From Oscillospiraceae bacterium (GTDB lineage Bacteria > Bacillota > Clostridia > Oscillospirales > Oscillospiraceae): a stretch of 64,000 bases of DNA. Of this stretch, positions 18,421 through 28,369 are shown in pieces (the first letter of the stretch is position 1; the number at the start of each line of letters is the position of its first letter). Made by a program: the position numbers and the translations under genes. The stretch is from assembly GCA_017549125.1 (NCBI GenBank), contig JAFYVL010000025.1, positions 37,025 to 101,024 on the forward strand. The letters are read 5' to 3'. Under the pieces are notes generated by a model. The model searched no databases. It saw only the letters and a list, made by a program, of their open reading frames with translations, and had not been told where the DNA came from.

Positions 18421-21400
18421 TCATGACTTGGGAGCTTCCAATCCCAACTGTGTTGCCAGTGCTGCAGCCTTTTCATGCTGCCACAGGGCAATCATGTCCG
18501 CAAAATTACCGTTTGTCGACAAGGCAAAGTTCAACTTGTCGCCGCCGGTGCCATTGATCTTCATGTAAGCAACTCCGGATGCATTGACTGCATAGCAGTT
18601 TTCAAACACAGACTCTGTGAGAGATGCCACGTTGAGCTTGCCAAAGGCAGTACCGGCTTCCAAAGCATCGGTCTGGATCTCCTTGACCTGGACAATGCAG
18701 TTTTTCACCTTTGCACCGGTCTTAAGCTGGCAAGCCAGCAGACCACAGCCCTGGTAGGTCCAGTTGCCGCCGGCCTTCAGATCATCATCCTGTATGGTAC
18801 CGCTGATGTACACATTTTCCACAGTGCCGGTCAGGATCTGTCCTACCAATGCGCCTGTGCAGTTGTCTACATAGCAGCTTTCCAGCTTCAGGTTCTTGAT
18901 CGTGCCGGAAACATTGGGGAACAAGCCGTTTCTGGCTGTATGGACAAACAGCTTGTACAGGGTGTGATTTCTGCCGTCAAAGCTGCCGGCAAAAATATCT
19001 GCGCTTTCAAAGAACTTGATACTGTTACTTACACTTAGGTAGCCGCTTCCGGGGTTAATATCCGCACCCAACGCCAAGGAGCCCGTATAGGTTTTCCCAT
19101 CCGTACCCACCGTCAGGTGGTTCTTCATGGCATAGAGTTCATCCTGGGTATTGATGACCCAAATAAATGTGCCGCTAACGGTACAGTCTACGTTCTCCAT
19201 CCGGATCACAAGCTTCAACTGTCCACTGGGCATATTTGCTTTTTGGAAAGCAGCCGCAGGAATGGTCATTTTACCCTTTTCGACAGTTACGCCCTCCAGG
19301 CTGATGTCACAGCCTTCCACCTGTGCAGAAATGACCGTGCCACCGATAGAGGCATCGGTGATCACCAAATCATTGCCCTCCACATTCATATCGAAGGGTG
19401 TCTGCAGGTTCACTGTGATTTCTGCCCGTCCGGGAGCCTCCAGACCCAGAGACTGGGCCAAAGAGGCAGCCTGATCGTTTTGCCACAGGGCTGTCATATT
19501 GGCAAAATTGCCATTGGTACTTAGTGCAAAGTCCAGCTTATCACCACCGGTGCCGTTGATCTTCATGTAAGCAACTCCGGGGGCATTTACTGCATAACAG
19601 TTCTCAAAGACGGACTCTGTGAGAGATGCCACATTGAGCTTACCAAAGGCAGTACCGGCTTCCAATGCATTGGTCTGGATCTCATTGATCTGAACAATGC
19701 TGTTTCTGATCTTTGCACCGGTCTTGATCTGGCAAGCCAGCAGACCGCAGCCCTGGTAGGTCCAGTTGCCGCCGGCGGTCAATCCGTCATTTTGTAGTGT
19801 ACCGCTGATGTAAACATTTTCCACAGTACCGGTCAGGATCTGTCCCACCAGTGCGCCTGTGCAGTTATTTACAAAGCAATTCTCCAGCTTCAGGTTCTTG
19901 ATCGTACCGGAAACATTGGGGAACAAGCCGTTTCTGGCAGTATGGATAAACAGCTTATACAGGGTATGATTTCTGCCATCAAAGCTGCCAGCAAAAATAT
20001 CCGCGCTTTCAAAGAACTTGATGCTGTTGCTTACACTCAGGTAGCCACTGCCGGGGTCAATATCCGCACCCAATGCCAAAGAACCGGTATAGGTCTTGCC
20101 GTCCGCCGCCACCGTCAGGTGGTTCTTCATGGCATAGAGTTCATCCTGGGTGTTGATGACCCAGATAAACTCACCGGTAACCGTAGCTTCCATGGTATCG
20201 GATTCCACCTGCAAGGTCAGCTTGCCGGAGGGCATATTGGATTTCTGGAATGCAGCAGCAGGAATGGTCAGAACACCACCGTTAAGCGTTGCGCCCTCCA
20301 GGGTAATGTCTGTACCCTGCAGGCTGACCTTGGTCAGCGCGCCCTTAAGCTGGCTGTCTGTCAGGACAAAGTCCTGTCCTGCCACATTCATATCCACGGC
20401 GTTGATCAGCTGGATCTGAACCTGGGTCTTGCCCGGAGCTTCCAGGCCAAGCACCTGCTCCGCCAGCTTTCTGGCTTCAGACTCAGGATATGTATGCCAC
20501 AGCTCATAATAGCTTGCGTAGTGACCATTTCCGGAATCCGCCTCAAAGCCAAGCTTATCTGCGGTGGTTTGTCCGCTCTTATAGTTCATATAGGCAGCAT
20601 TTTCTGCACCCAAAGCGTAACAATTGGTGAAGATGGTTTCTTTGATCTTATAATCACCCAATTTACCAAACGCCGTAGCCAACCGCAGATCCGAGGACAT
20701 CTGCTGAACATCCACGATGACATTGTGCATTTGTGCGCCCAACCGATAAAGAGCAACAGGCAAACCGCATCCAAAGTTATTCAGATTACTGGTTTCCGAC
20801 ATACCGTCACCGGTAATGGATCCCTTGACATAGACATTTTCCATGGTGCCGGTCATGATTCGACCAACCAATGCCGCAGTATTCTTTTCTACCACAGCAT
20901 TCATAACCTTCAAATTACAGATCTTACCGCTTACATTGGTAAACAAGCCTACCGATGCACCACGAACTGTAATGGAGGAAATGGAATGGAATCTTCCGTC
21001 AAAGGTACCGGCAAAGGTCTCTGCGGTGGTAAAGATGCCATTGGTTGTACCAAACAGCAACCCGTCGTTGATATCTGCACCCAGAGCAATGTAACCATCA
21101 TAGATCACACCGTCATTGCTGATCAGATGCTCCTTCATGGCCAGCAACTGTGTTTTATTGTTGACCATCCAGATATACTGTCCGCTGATATCATAGTCCT
21201 CTGCATCCGTATGGATACGCAGAACCAGATTGCCGGACGGCATACCGGTCTTCACAAAGGAGGCAGCAGGAATCGTCAGTACACCATTTTGAAGCACGCC
21301 ATTTTCCAGAGTAATTTCCGTACCCTTGACCGTAATGCTGATGAGCTGTCCGGTCAAACGAGAATCCGTGATCACCAGAGGCTGTGCATCCATATGGTTC

Positions 21401-24400
21401 ATTTCATAGGACTCCGTAAGTGCAATGGGGACACCGGGCTTTTCAGGCTCGGTCAGACCCAGCTTCTGCGCCAGGGTTCTGGCCGCATCATCCTGCCACA
21501 ACAGCCACATGGAATCAAAGTTCTTACAGGTAGTACCCTCAGTGAAGCTTCCGATCCGCTTCAGATCGTAGGTCATAAAGGTGTTGCCCTCTGCGTGGAC
21601 TGCATAGGAGTTTTCAAAGACGCTGGTTTCCGTTGCCGCCTGACGGTGTAATTTACCGAAGGCGGTACCCAGCCGCAAGCCCTCTGCGATCTCTGTCAGC
21701 TCCACGATACAATCCAGCACTCTGGCATCATGGTCATACTTACCTGCCAACAGACCGGCACCGAAATTCTTCAGATTGGTAGTTTCCTTCATGCCGTCAG
21801 CGGTGATCTTGCCTTGTACATAGATATTCTCTACTGTACCAAACAAAGTACCGCCTACGACTGCCGCCGTATCTGCGCTGACAGCAGCATTGAGGATCTT
21901 CAGATTGCGAACTGTACCCTCCACATGACCAAACAAACCGATTCTGGAAGAACCGCTTGCCATATTCATGTTGGACAGGGTGTGGTATCTGCCGTCAAAG
22001 ATACCCATAAAATAGGTATCCTTCATGGGATTGTTCTTGATAGTCACAGAGGCCAGATCCAGATCTGCACCCAGAGCCAGCATACCGTCATAATGCTTGC
22101 CATCGGACTGCACTGTCAAATGGGACTTCATATCCATCAGCTCAGCCGGGGTATTGATGACCCAGATCAGCTGCACCCCACGGACACAGTATTCCCAGCC
22201 GTCCTGACGGATCCAGATCTCCTGGTCGCCGGTTGCCAGCTGCGCCTGAACAGCCATCATATCTGCCTTATGGATCAGCAGGCTACCCTCCTGTACCGTA
22301 GCAGGAATCTGGACTCTTGCACCATCTGTGCCGAGCATCCAAACCTCAGTGGTGTTAATATGGGTAGGCAGGCCACTGATCTGCAGATCCTTCTGCTCCT
22401 TGGCATTCAGATCATAGGATTGTGTAGCTGTGATATACTCTGCAGCCTGTTCCAAGCCAAGCTGGCTTGCCAGTTCAGCCGCCTTGCTGTTACGCCAGAG
22501 CTTTGCCATGGTCTCAAAGCCAGCAGCTGCGAAATCGCATTTAATCCAGCCGCCGTTATAGCCCATGTAAGCTGCATTGGATGCGCCCACAACATAGCAG
22601 TTTTGGAACAGTTCTGCTGTGGCGCTTCTGCTCAGCTTACCCAAAGCAGTTGCCAGACGCAGATGCTCGCCCAAGCCGGTGGCATCCACGATCACATTGG
22701 AAACAACCGCATCCTTGCCGATTCTGCCTGCCAGCAGGCCTGCTCCGGCATTTTCGATGGCGGTATCCGCATTTGCACCGTCCTTATACAGACGACCCTG
22801 TACATAGATGTTCTCCGCTGTACCTGTCAGCACACCACCAACAACAGCCGCTGTGCTGTCAGTTACCAGAGAATCCACCACCAGCAGATTCTTTACTGTA
22901 CCGCTGACATCTGCCAACAAGCCCACCCCTGCGTTATTGGCAACCACACCGGAGATCCGGTGCAATCTGCCGTCAAAAATGCCTGCATAGTCGATACCGG
23001 TCAATCCGATATTTCTAAGCAGCTTGCCGCTAAGATCAATGTCTGCACCCAGTGCCACATGACCGTAATAGACCGTTTCCGTTGCATTGGGGATCATGTG
23101 GGTCTTCATTTCCATGAGCTCATCGGCGTTATTGATCATCCAGATAAACTCACCGGTCACACCAATGATCTCGGTTTTGGTCTGCAGCAGAATGGTGATC
23201 TCACCGGAGGGCATCTCTTCACATTGGAAGGAAGCCGCCGGAATGGTCAGCTTGCCATTTTCCAGCTTCACATTCTCCATCTGCGCATAGGACTTGGCCA
23301 CCATGACCTTTACCAGCTCACCGGTCAGCCTGGGATCCTCGATCACCAGATCCTCCTGACCCTCACGGTTCATTTCATAACGGATATCCGTAGAGATCGT
23401 CACCGTAGGTGCCGGTGTCTGTGCAGGACCCAAGGGTCTGGGTGCTTCCGGCTCAGACAGCTTAAATGTATCCCGTGCCAGCTTCATGGCAGTCTTGTTC
23501 TGCCAGAGCAGATACATGGTTTCAAAGCTTACATTACTGCTGTTCTTGGCAAATTCATGCCTCTGGGCGGTGGTGGAAGGTGCTTTTCCGTAATCCATAT
23601 AGGCATTGCCCACAGCATTGACCGTATAGCAGTTGGTGAAAATCTTTTGTGTAACGATATCGTCACCAAACTTACCCATTGCGGTGGCAAGCCGCAAGCC
23701 CTTACTCATGCCGGTGACCTCCACGATCACATTCTTTACGGAGGCACCGTTGCGATACCGTGCAGACAGCAGGCTGGCTCCAAAATTATTGATATTGGAG
23801 TCCGTCAGCATGCCATCGCCGGTGATCTTGCCCTTCACATAGATGTTTTCCAGCTCACCGGTCAGGATACAGCCCACCAGAGGTGCATGATAGCTGCCCA
23901 CATTGGCGTTCAAAATCTTCAAATTGCAGATCCTGCCGGACACATTGCTGAACAAGCCCCGGTTGCCTGCATTGGTGTGCAGGGAGATCTGGTGGATGCT
24001 GTACATGCGTCCGTCAAATGTGCCTGCAAAAGTTTGCTTGTCATTGAAGATCGCTCCGCTATAGGTAATCGTAATGGGATCGGTAATATCACTACCCAAA
24101 GCCAGCATACCGTCAAACACATCGCCGTCTGCCACCAGATGGTCCTTCATAGCCATCAGCTCGTTTGCATCGTGCATCACCCAGATGAAATCACCCAGGA
24201 TCTCCATCTTTGTCTTGTCAGTCTCCACGATCAATACCAGACTGCCGGAGGGCATATTGGCAAGCTGGAAGGATTCTGCGGGAATGGTCAGCGTCTGACC
24301 GGACAGCTGTGCATTTTCCAGCACGATATCCGTATCCCGAACCTTGACCGATTTCAGATTACCCGTCAGCTTACTGCTGGTTACCGTCAGATCATTGCCC

Positions 24401-27400
24401 GATACATTCATATCAAAGGGCTTGGTCAGCTCCACATAGGGCAAGGGTCTTTCCAGCTTGAAGGTTTTTTCTGCCAGGTTTCTTGCCGCCGTATGCTCCC
24501 ACAGGGCATGCATGGTGGCAAAGTTCTGATTGCCGCTGTTGCTGCGGAAATTCTTAAATTCCGCGGTGGTGGCAGGTGCTTTCCGATAATTCATAAACAC
24601 CTTGCCGGATGCGTTGACCGTATAGCAATTCTGGAACACTGCATCGGTAACGATATCGTCACCCAGCTTACCCATGGCGGTTGCCATTCGCAGACCGGCC
24701 TTCAGAGAAACCAGCTCAACGATCACATTCTTGACCGATGCACCGTCTCTGTATCGACCTGCCAGCAAGCTGCAGCCAAAGTTATTCAGGTTGGTGCTTG
24801 CCTTCATGCCGTCGTCTAAAACAGAGCCGCGGACATAGATATTTTCCAGCTCACCGGTCAGGATCATGCCCACCAACGGTGCGCTGTAATTGCTGACGGT
24901 GGCATCCAGGATCTTCAAATTGCATATCCTGCCGGACACATTGCTGAACAGACCACGGTTGCCGGCATTACTGCTGATAACGATCCGCTTAATAGAATGC
25001 ATCCGTCCGTCAAAGGTGCCGGCGAAGGTCTCTTTATCATTAAAAATACAATCGTTATAGGTAACGGTAATGGTGTCTGTAATATCTGCGCCCAGAGCCA
25101 GGTAGCCGCTGTAGACATCCCCGTCCTTGGTCAGATGCTCCTTCATGGCCTTCAGCTCCTGGGCATTGTTAATGACCCAGACCAGCTTGACACCATTGAC
25201 ATACAGATCATCCTCACCCTTGGCAGAGATCCGGATATAGTCCACCGTTGCCAGAGTGTCCTCCAGCCGCCGGATCTCCTCCCGGGGTATGGTGATCTTT
25301 CCTGCCAGACAGGGAACTGTCAATGCAATTTCCGTTCCGTCCAGCTTCTGCAGGTAGACCTTGGCGGTCTCCTGCTTAATGGGCAGGCCGGAAATGACCA
25401 GATCCGAGGTCTGTGCAGGATCGTTCATATAGAAGGTAACATTCTTCTGGATCTCCCGCTTGGTCTGGATGGATACAGTCTTGGAATACTTACCCCAGGA
25501 CACCTTGATCCATGCCTTATCTGCAGAGGAGATCTGCTTATCAGACCAAATCTCATTGTCATTACGCTTAATATTGCTGTTGTTTACCTTAAAGCGGAAT
25601 GCGCCAAAGTTCTGGGTCAGCTGTTCCTTTTCCTTTAAGGTCAGCATCACCTTGTCGGGAAGCTCGTTGAGCTCCTTAACAAAATAAGTTCGGGAGGAAT
25701 GGAAGGTCAATGTACTGTAATCCCAAATGGAATCCGGGAATTCTTCCTTACGGTCGGCATAATAATCTGTACTCAAAATACCTTCCATGGTATTAAACCG
25801 ACGCACAGATTTGACTGAGCCGTCAACGCCCTTATCACCGGCGGTATCCTTTCCGCCAAACAGCCGCATTCTGGAAACAACAAACACATTTTCCCAGGCA
25901 CCCTTATTGGTAGATGCGGACAGGGCACCATAATTGATCACCGAGGAGCCAGGCTCCACCTTTGCGCTGTTGACCACAACAATATTCTTCAGCACATTGT
26001 TGGCGTTGCCCTGGGCAAACAGGCCAATTGTGGCAGATTTGGAATTATAGGTAGAGCTCCACTGGCTGATGCCCACATACACATTCTCCACGGTGCCGTA
26101 AACCGCATAGCCCAGCACCACTGCATGTCCGTCGGAATTGACCTTCACATTGGTAAATGCCACATTTTTCAGAACACCGGTGGAGGAGATCATGCCAAAG
26201 ATACCGCCGCCGTGGGTCAGGTTGAAACCGTTAATGGTATAACCACAGCCATCGAAGGTACCCACAAGGCCTTTGCCCTCGCTGCTGTACCAGCCTCTGC
26301 CGACCACCTCCAGCTCGGACATATCAATGTTATTTCCCAGCACATAGTATCCGTCCGCCTTGATCTTGTCGATCTTGGAATTGTGCAGGAATATCTGTTT
26401 AAAATCATTGGGTGTGCGGATCACCTTGGATACGATCAAGGCATCCACACGATAGGAGATATTCTGACCTACGATCACCAGATCCCGTTCACCCAAAACG
26501 ATCTCCTGCTGGGTGTCCAGCATGTTCTTATCCGGGTCCCACATGCTGACCTGGGAACTGTCCTGTCCGTCATAAACATCTTCGATCTTTTCGTTTTTGC
26601 CAAACACGGACCATGCATCCACTCTGCCGCCTGCAGACAGATCAATGATCAACGGTGTTTTCAATTCTTTTTCCACGGTGGCTTTGCATACCGTAAAGGT
26701 AATGCGGTTAGAGTTGACCTCACCTTCGGCAGGGGTCACAAATTGCGCCCACACTTCAGCGGTATCTCCGCGCTGTGCGCCGGGGGTAGCTGTAACCTCA
26801 CCTTTTTCGTTCACCGTCACCACCTCAGGATCGGAGCTGACAAATGTCACCAGCTCTTTGATATCCTGATCTTCATAGCGTCCTTCCAGAACCTGGAGCA
26901 GCGAAACTGCACGGTAGACAGTCCCTTCCACCTCAGCCTCCTGCAGATAGACATCCTCGGTATAGCCCTCTGCAAAATCGATGCTCAGGGTGTAATCCGG
27001 AACCACATTTACCTCCACCTGGGCAACCAGCTGACCGTCAATACCGGCAGCCGTTGCCAAAGGACAGGTGGCCTTCACCGTCACATAGGTGGTTCCCACC
27101 TTTACACCGGTGATCACGCCCTTGTCGGTAACAGTCAGGATCTGTTCATCCTGGGAAGAAAAGCTATAGGAAATATCGTATTCCTTATTGTCTAATATTT
27201 GGTTTTTCAAACGCAGGGTAGGCAGGATCTGATTGGTCGTTCCTTTACCCACCTCATACACATTTTTGGGGAATACCACAATCGGATGGACAATGCCGGA
27301 CACCTGCACAGAGCATTGTGCCTTGGCATCGCCGTAGCTGGCAGTAACCACTGCAGAGCCTGCCTTCAAGGCCATAAGCGTGCCATCGTTTACTGTGACC

Positions 27401-27636
27401 ACAGTTTCGTCGGACACAGACCATTGCACCTTGGCATCTGCCACCTGGCTGCCCTTTTCCGTGACAACTGCAGTCAGCTGTGTTTTCTCCAGAGCATCCA
27501 TCTGCAGGCTCTGGCTGGATAAGGCGATCTGCACGCCATCGGCACCGCCATCGCCAAAGCACATGGTGCAAACCAACACAACTGCCGCAAGCAACACAGC
27601 TGCCAACCCGATTATGATCAGCGATTTCTTCTTCAT
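18421..27636 (-). CDS. Giant 3071-aa membrane-anchored surface protein with Ig-like (Big_2) domains and ~330-aa repeats
   Basis: N-terminal TM helix; WSVSDETVVTV and FSSQDEQILTV Ig-like motifs; 7 conserved repeat units and 1 divergent unit. Confidence 0.82.
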   Translation of the reverse strand: MKKKSLIIIGLAAVLLAAVVLVCTMCFGDGGADGVQIALSSQSLQMDALEKTQLTAVVTEKGSQVADAKVQWSVSDETVVTVNDGTLMALKAGSAVVTASYGDAKAQCSVQVSGIVHPIVVFPKNVYEVGKGTTNQILPTLRLKNQILDNKEYDISYSFSSQDEQILTVTDKGVITGVKVGTTYVTVKATCPLATAAGIDGQLVAQVEVNVVPDYTLSIDFAEGYTEDVYLQEAEVEGTVYRAVSLLQVLEGRYEDQDIKELVTFVSSDPEVVTVNEKGEVTATPGAQRGDTAEVWAQFVTPAEGEVNSNRITFTVCKATVEKELKTPLIIDLSAGGRVDAWSVFGKNEKIEDVYDGQDSSQVSMWDPDKNMLDTQQEIVLGERDLVIVGQNISYRVDALIVSKVIRTPNDFKQIFLHNSKIDKIKADGYYVLGNNIDMSELEVVGRGWYSSEGKGLVGTFDGCGYTINGFNLTHGGGIFGMISSTGVLKNVAFTNVKVNSDGHAVVLGYAVYGTVENVYVGISQWSSTYNSKSATIGLFAQGNANNVLKNIVVVNSAKVEPGSSVINYGALSASTNKGAWENVFVVSRMRLFGGKDTAGDKGVDGSVKSVRRFNTMEGILSTDYYADRKEEFPDSIWDYSTLTFHSSRTYFVKELNELPDKVMLTLKEKEQLTQNFGAFRFKVNNSNIKRNDNEIWSDKQISSADKAWIKVSWGKYSKTVSIQTKREIQKNVTFYMNDPAQTSDLVISGLPIKQETAKVYLQKLDGTEIALTVPCLAGKITIPREEIRRLEDTLATVDYIRISAKGEDDLYVNGVKLVWVINNAQELKAMKEHLTKDGDVYSGYLALGADITDTITVTYNDCIFNDKETFAGTFDGRMHSIKRIVISSNAGNRGLFSNVSGRICNLKILDATVSNYSAPLVGMILTGELENIYVRGSVLDDGMKASTNLNNFGCSLLAGRYRDGASVKNVIVELVSLKAGLRMATAMGKLGDDIVTDAVFQNCYTVNASGKVFMNYRKAPATTAEFKNFRSNSGNQNFATMHALWEHTAARNLAEKTFKLERPLPYVELTKPFDMNVSGNDLTVTSSKLTGNLKSVKVRDTDIVLENAQLSGQTLTIPAESFQLANMPSGSLVLIVETDKTKMEILGDFIWVMHDANELMAMKDHLVADGDVFDGMLALGSDITDPITITYSGAIFNDKQTFAGTFDGRMYSIHQISLHTNAGNRGLFSNVSGRICNLKILNANVGSYHAPLVGCILTGELENIYVKGKITGDGMLTDSNINNFGASLLSARYRNGASVKNVIVEVTGMSKGLRLATAMGKFGDDIVTQKIFTNCYTVNAVGNAYMDYGKAPSTTAQRHEFAKNSSNVSFETMYLLWQNKTAMKLARDTFKLSEPEAPRPLGPAQTPAPTVTISTDIRYEMNREGQEDLVIEDPRLTGELVKVMVAKSYAQMENVKLENGKLTIPAASFQCEEMPSGEITILLQTKTEIIGVTGEFIWMINNADELMEMKTHMIPNATETVYYGHVALGADIDLSGKLLRNIGLTGIDYAGIFDGRLHRISGVVANNAGVGLLADVSGTVKNLLVVDSLVTDSTAAVVGGVLTGTAENIYVQGRLYKDGANADTAIENAGAGLLAGRIGKDAVVSNVIVDATGLGEHLRLATALGKLSRSATAELFQNCYVVGASNAAYMGYNGGWIKCDFAAAGFETMAKLWRNSKAAELASQLGLEQAAEYITATQSYDLNAKEQKDLQISGLPTHINTTEVWMLGTDGARVQIPATVQEGSLLIHKADMMAVQAQLATGDQEIWIRQDGWEYCVRGVQLIWVINTPAELMDMKSHLTVQSDGKHYDGMLALGADLDLASVTIKNNPMKDTYFMGIFDGRYHTLSNMNMASGSSRIGLFGHVEGTVRNLKILNAAVSADTAAVVGGTLFGTVENIYVQGKITADGMKETTNLKNFGAGLLAGKYDHDARVLDCIVELTEIAEGLRLGTAFGKLHRQAATETSVFENSYAVHAEGNTFMTYDLKRIGSFTEGTTCKNFDSMWLLWQDDAARTLAQKLGLTEPEKPGVPIALTESYEMNHMDAQPLVITDSRLTGQLISITVKGTEITLENGVLQNGVLTIPAASFVKTGMPSGNLVLRIHTDAEDYDISGQYIWMVNNKTQLLAMKEHLISNDGVIYDGYIALGADINDGLLFGTTNGIFTTAETFAGTFDGRFHSISSITVRGASVGLFTNVSGKICNLKVMNAVVEKNTAALVGRIMTGTMENVYVKGSITGDGMSETSNLNNFGCGLPVALYRLGAQMHNVIVDVQQMSSDLRLATAFGKLGDYKIKETIFTNCYALGAENAAYMNYKSGQTTADKLGFEADSGNGHYASYYELWHTYPESEARKLAEQVLGLEAPGKTQVQIQLINAVDMNVAGQDFVLTDSQLKGALTKVSLQGTDITLEGATLNGGVLTIPAAAFQKSNMPSGKLTLQVESDTMEATVTGEFIWVINTQDELYAMKNHLTVAADGKTYTGSLALGADIDPGSGYLSVSNSIKFFESADIFAGSFDGRNHTLYKLFIHTARNGLFPNVSGTIKNLKLENCFVNNCTGALVGQILTGTVENVYISGTLQNDGLTAGGNWTYQGCGLLACQIKTGAKIRNSIVQINEIQTNALEAGTAFGKLNVASLTESVFENCYAVNAPGVAYMKINGTGGDKLDFALSTNGNFANMTALWQNDQAASLAQSLGLEAPGRAEITVNLQTPFDMNVEGNDLVITDASIGGTVISAQVEGCDISLEGVTVEKGKMTIPAAAFQKANMPSGQLKLVIRMENVDCTVSGTFIWVINTQDELYAMKNHLTVGTDGKTYTGSLALGADINPGSGYLSVSNSIKFFESADIFAGSFDGRNHTLYKLFVHTARNGLFPNVSGTIKNLKLESCYVDNCTGALVGQILTGTVENVYISGTIQDDDLKAGGNWTYQGCGLLACQLKTGAKVKNCIVQVKEIQTDALEAGTAFGKLNVASLTESVFENCYAVNASGVAYMKINGTGGDKLNFALSTNGNFADMIALWQHEKAAALATQLGLEAPKS

Positions 27637-27687
27637 AACATACTCCTTTGCGCTGATCCCGTTCGGTAACCAACGAGATACCGGTCT

Positions 27688-28347
27688 TTAAGGCTTTACA
27701 ACTGTGATCTGCAGTACCTGCTTCAAACCGTAGGCATCCTCGCCACCGGTCAGGCCATCACCACCCAGTCCACGCCAGGTGGCGATCACCGTCAGCTCGG
27801 TGGTACCTTCTGCCAGAGCGGTGATCTGTCCGTCATTGCTGACACTGATGACAGCAGGATCGGCCACCTGGAAGGTATAGGTGGTATCTGCATCTGTGCA
27901 ATCCTTGCCGTTGTACATAACGGACATCTGCAGGTCATAGGTCTGACCCAAGCCTACCGTCAACGCACGGTTATCTACATTCCGGAAGCTAAGCTGTGGG
28001 ATCATACCCAGATACATAACATCCACTGCGCACTCTGCCTTGGTGCCATCTGCCAGCTGAGCCGTTACGGTCGTCTTTCCGGCGCTCTTGGCAAATACGA
28101 CGCCATCAGAAACCTCTACTACCGCAGGATTTGCGCTGGTCCATGTAACTGTCTGCTGGGCAGCTTCTCCGGTGCTATTGCTCACGGTGGCTGTCAGGGA
28201 GATCTTCTCATAAACACCCATAGAGAGGGTCGTTTGGTCAAGGCTGATGCTGTAGCTTTCTGCAGCATCCTTCTTTTCGTCGCCGCATGCTGCCAGCATA
28301 GCAAAGCACAAAATGCTCAGCATAAGCAAAATGATCGTTCTTTTCAT
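27688..28347 (-). CDS. Lipoprotein with two Ig-like (Big_2) domains
   Basis: Lipobox LAAC; WTSANPAVVEV and VADPAVISVSNDGQITA. Confidence 0.8.
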   Translation of the reverse strand: MKRTIILLMLSILCFAMLAACGDEKKDAAESYSISLDQTTLSMGVYEKISLTATVSNSTGEAAQQTVTWTSANPAVVEVSDGVVFAKSAGKTTVTAQLADGTKAECAVDVMYLGMIPQLSFRNVDNRALTVGLGQTYDLQMSVMYNGKDCTDADTTYTFQVADPAVISVSNDGQITALAEGTTELTVIATWRGLGGDGLTGGEDAYGLKQVLQITVVKP

Positions 28348-28369
28348 ATTCGTCACCTTTCCTTGGGTC

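Noticed and set aside
14491-20400. Near-identical ~1-kb repeats as a possible DGR template/variable pair
   Set aside because: All copies are in-frame coding units, the mismatches I inspected are not adenine-specific, and no reverse transcriptase is present in the window.
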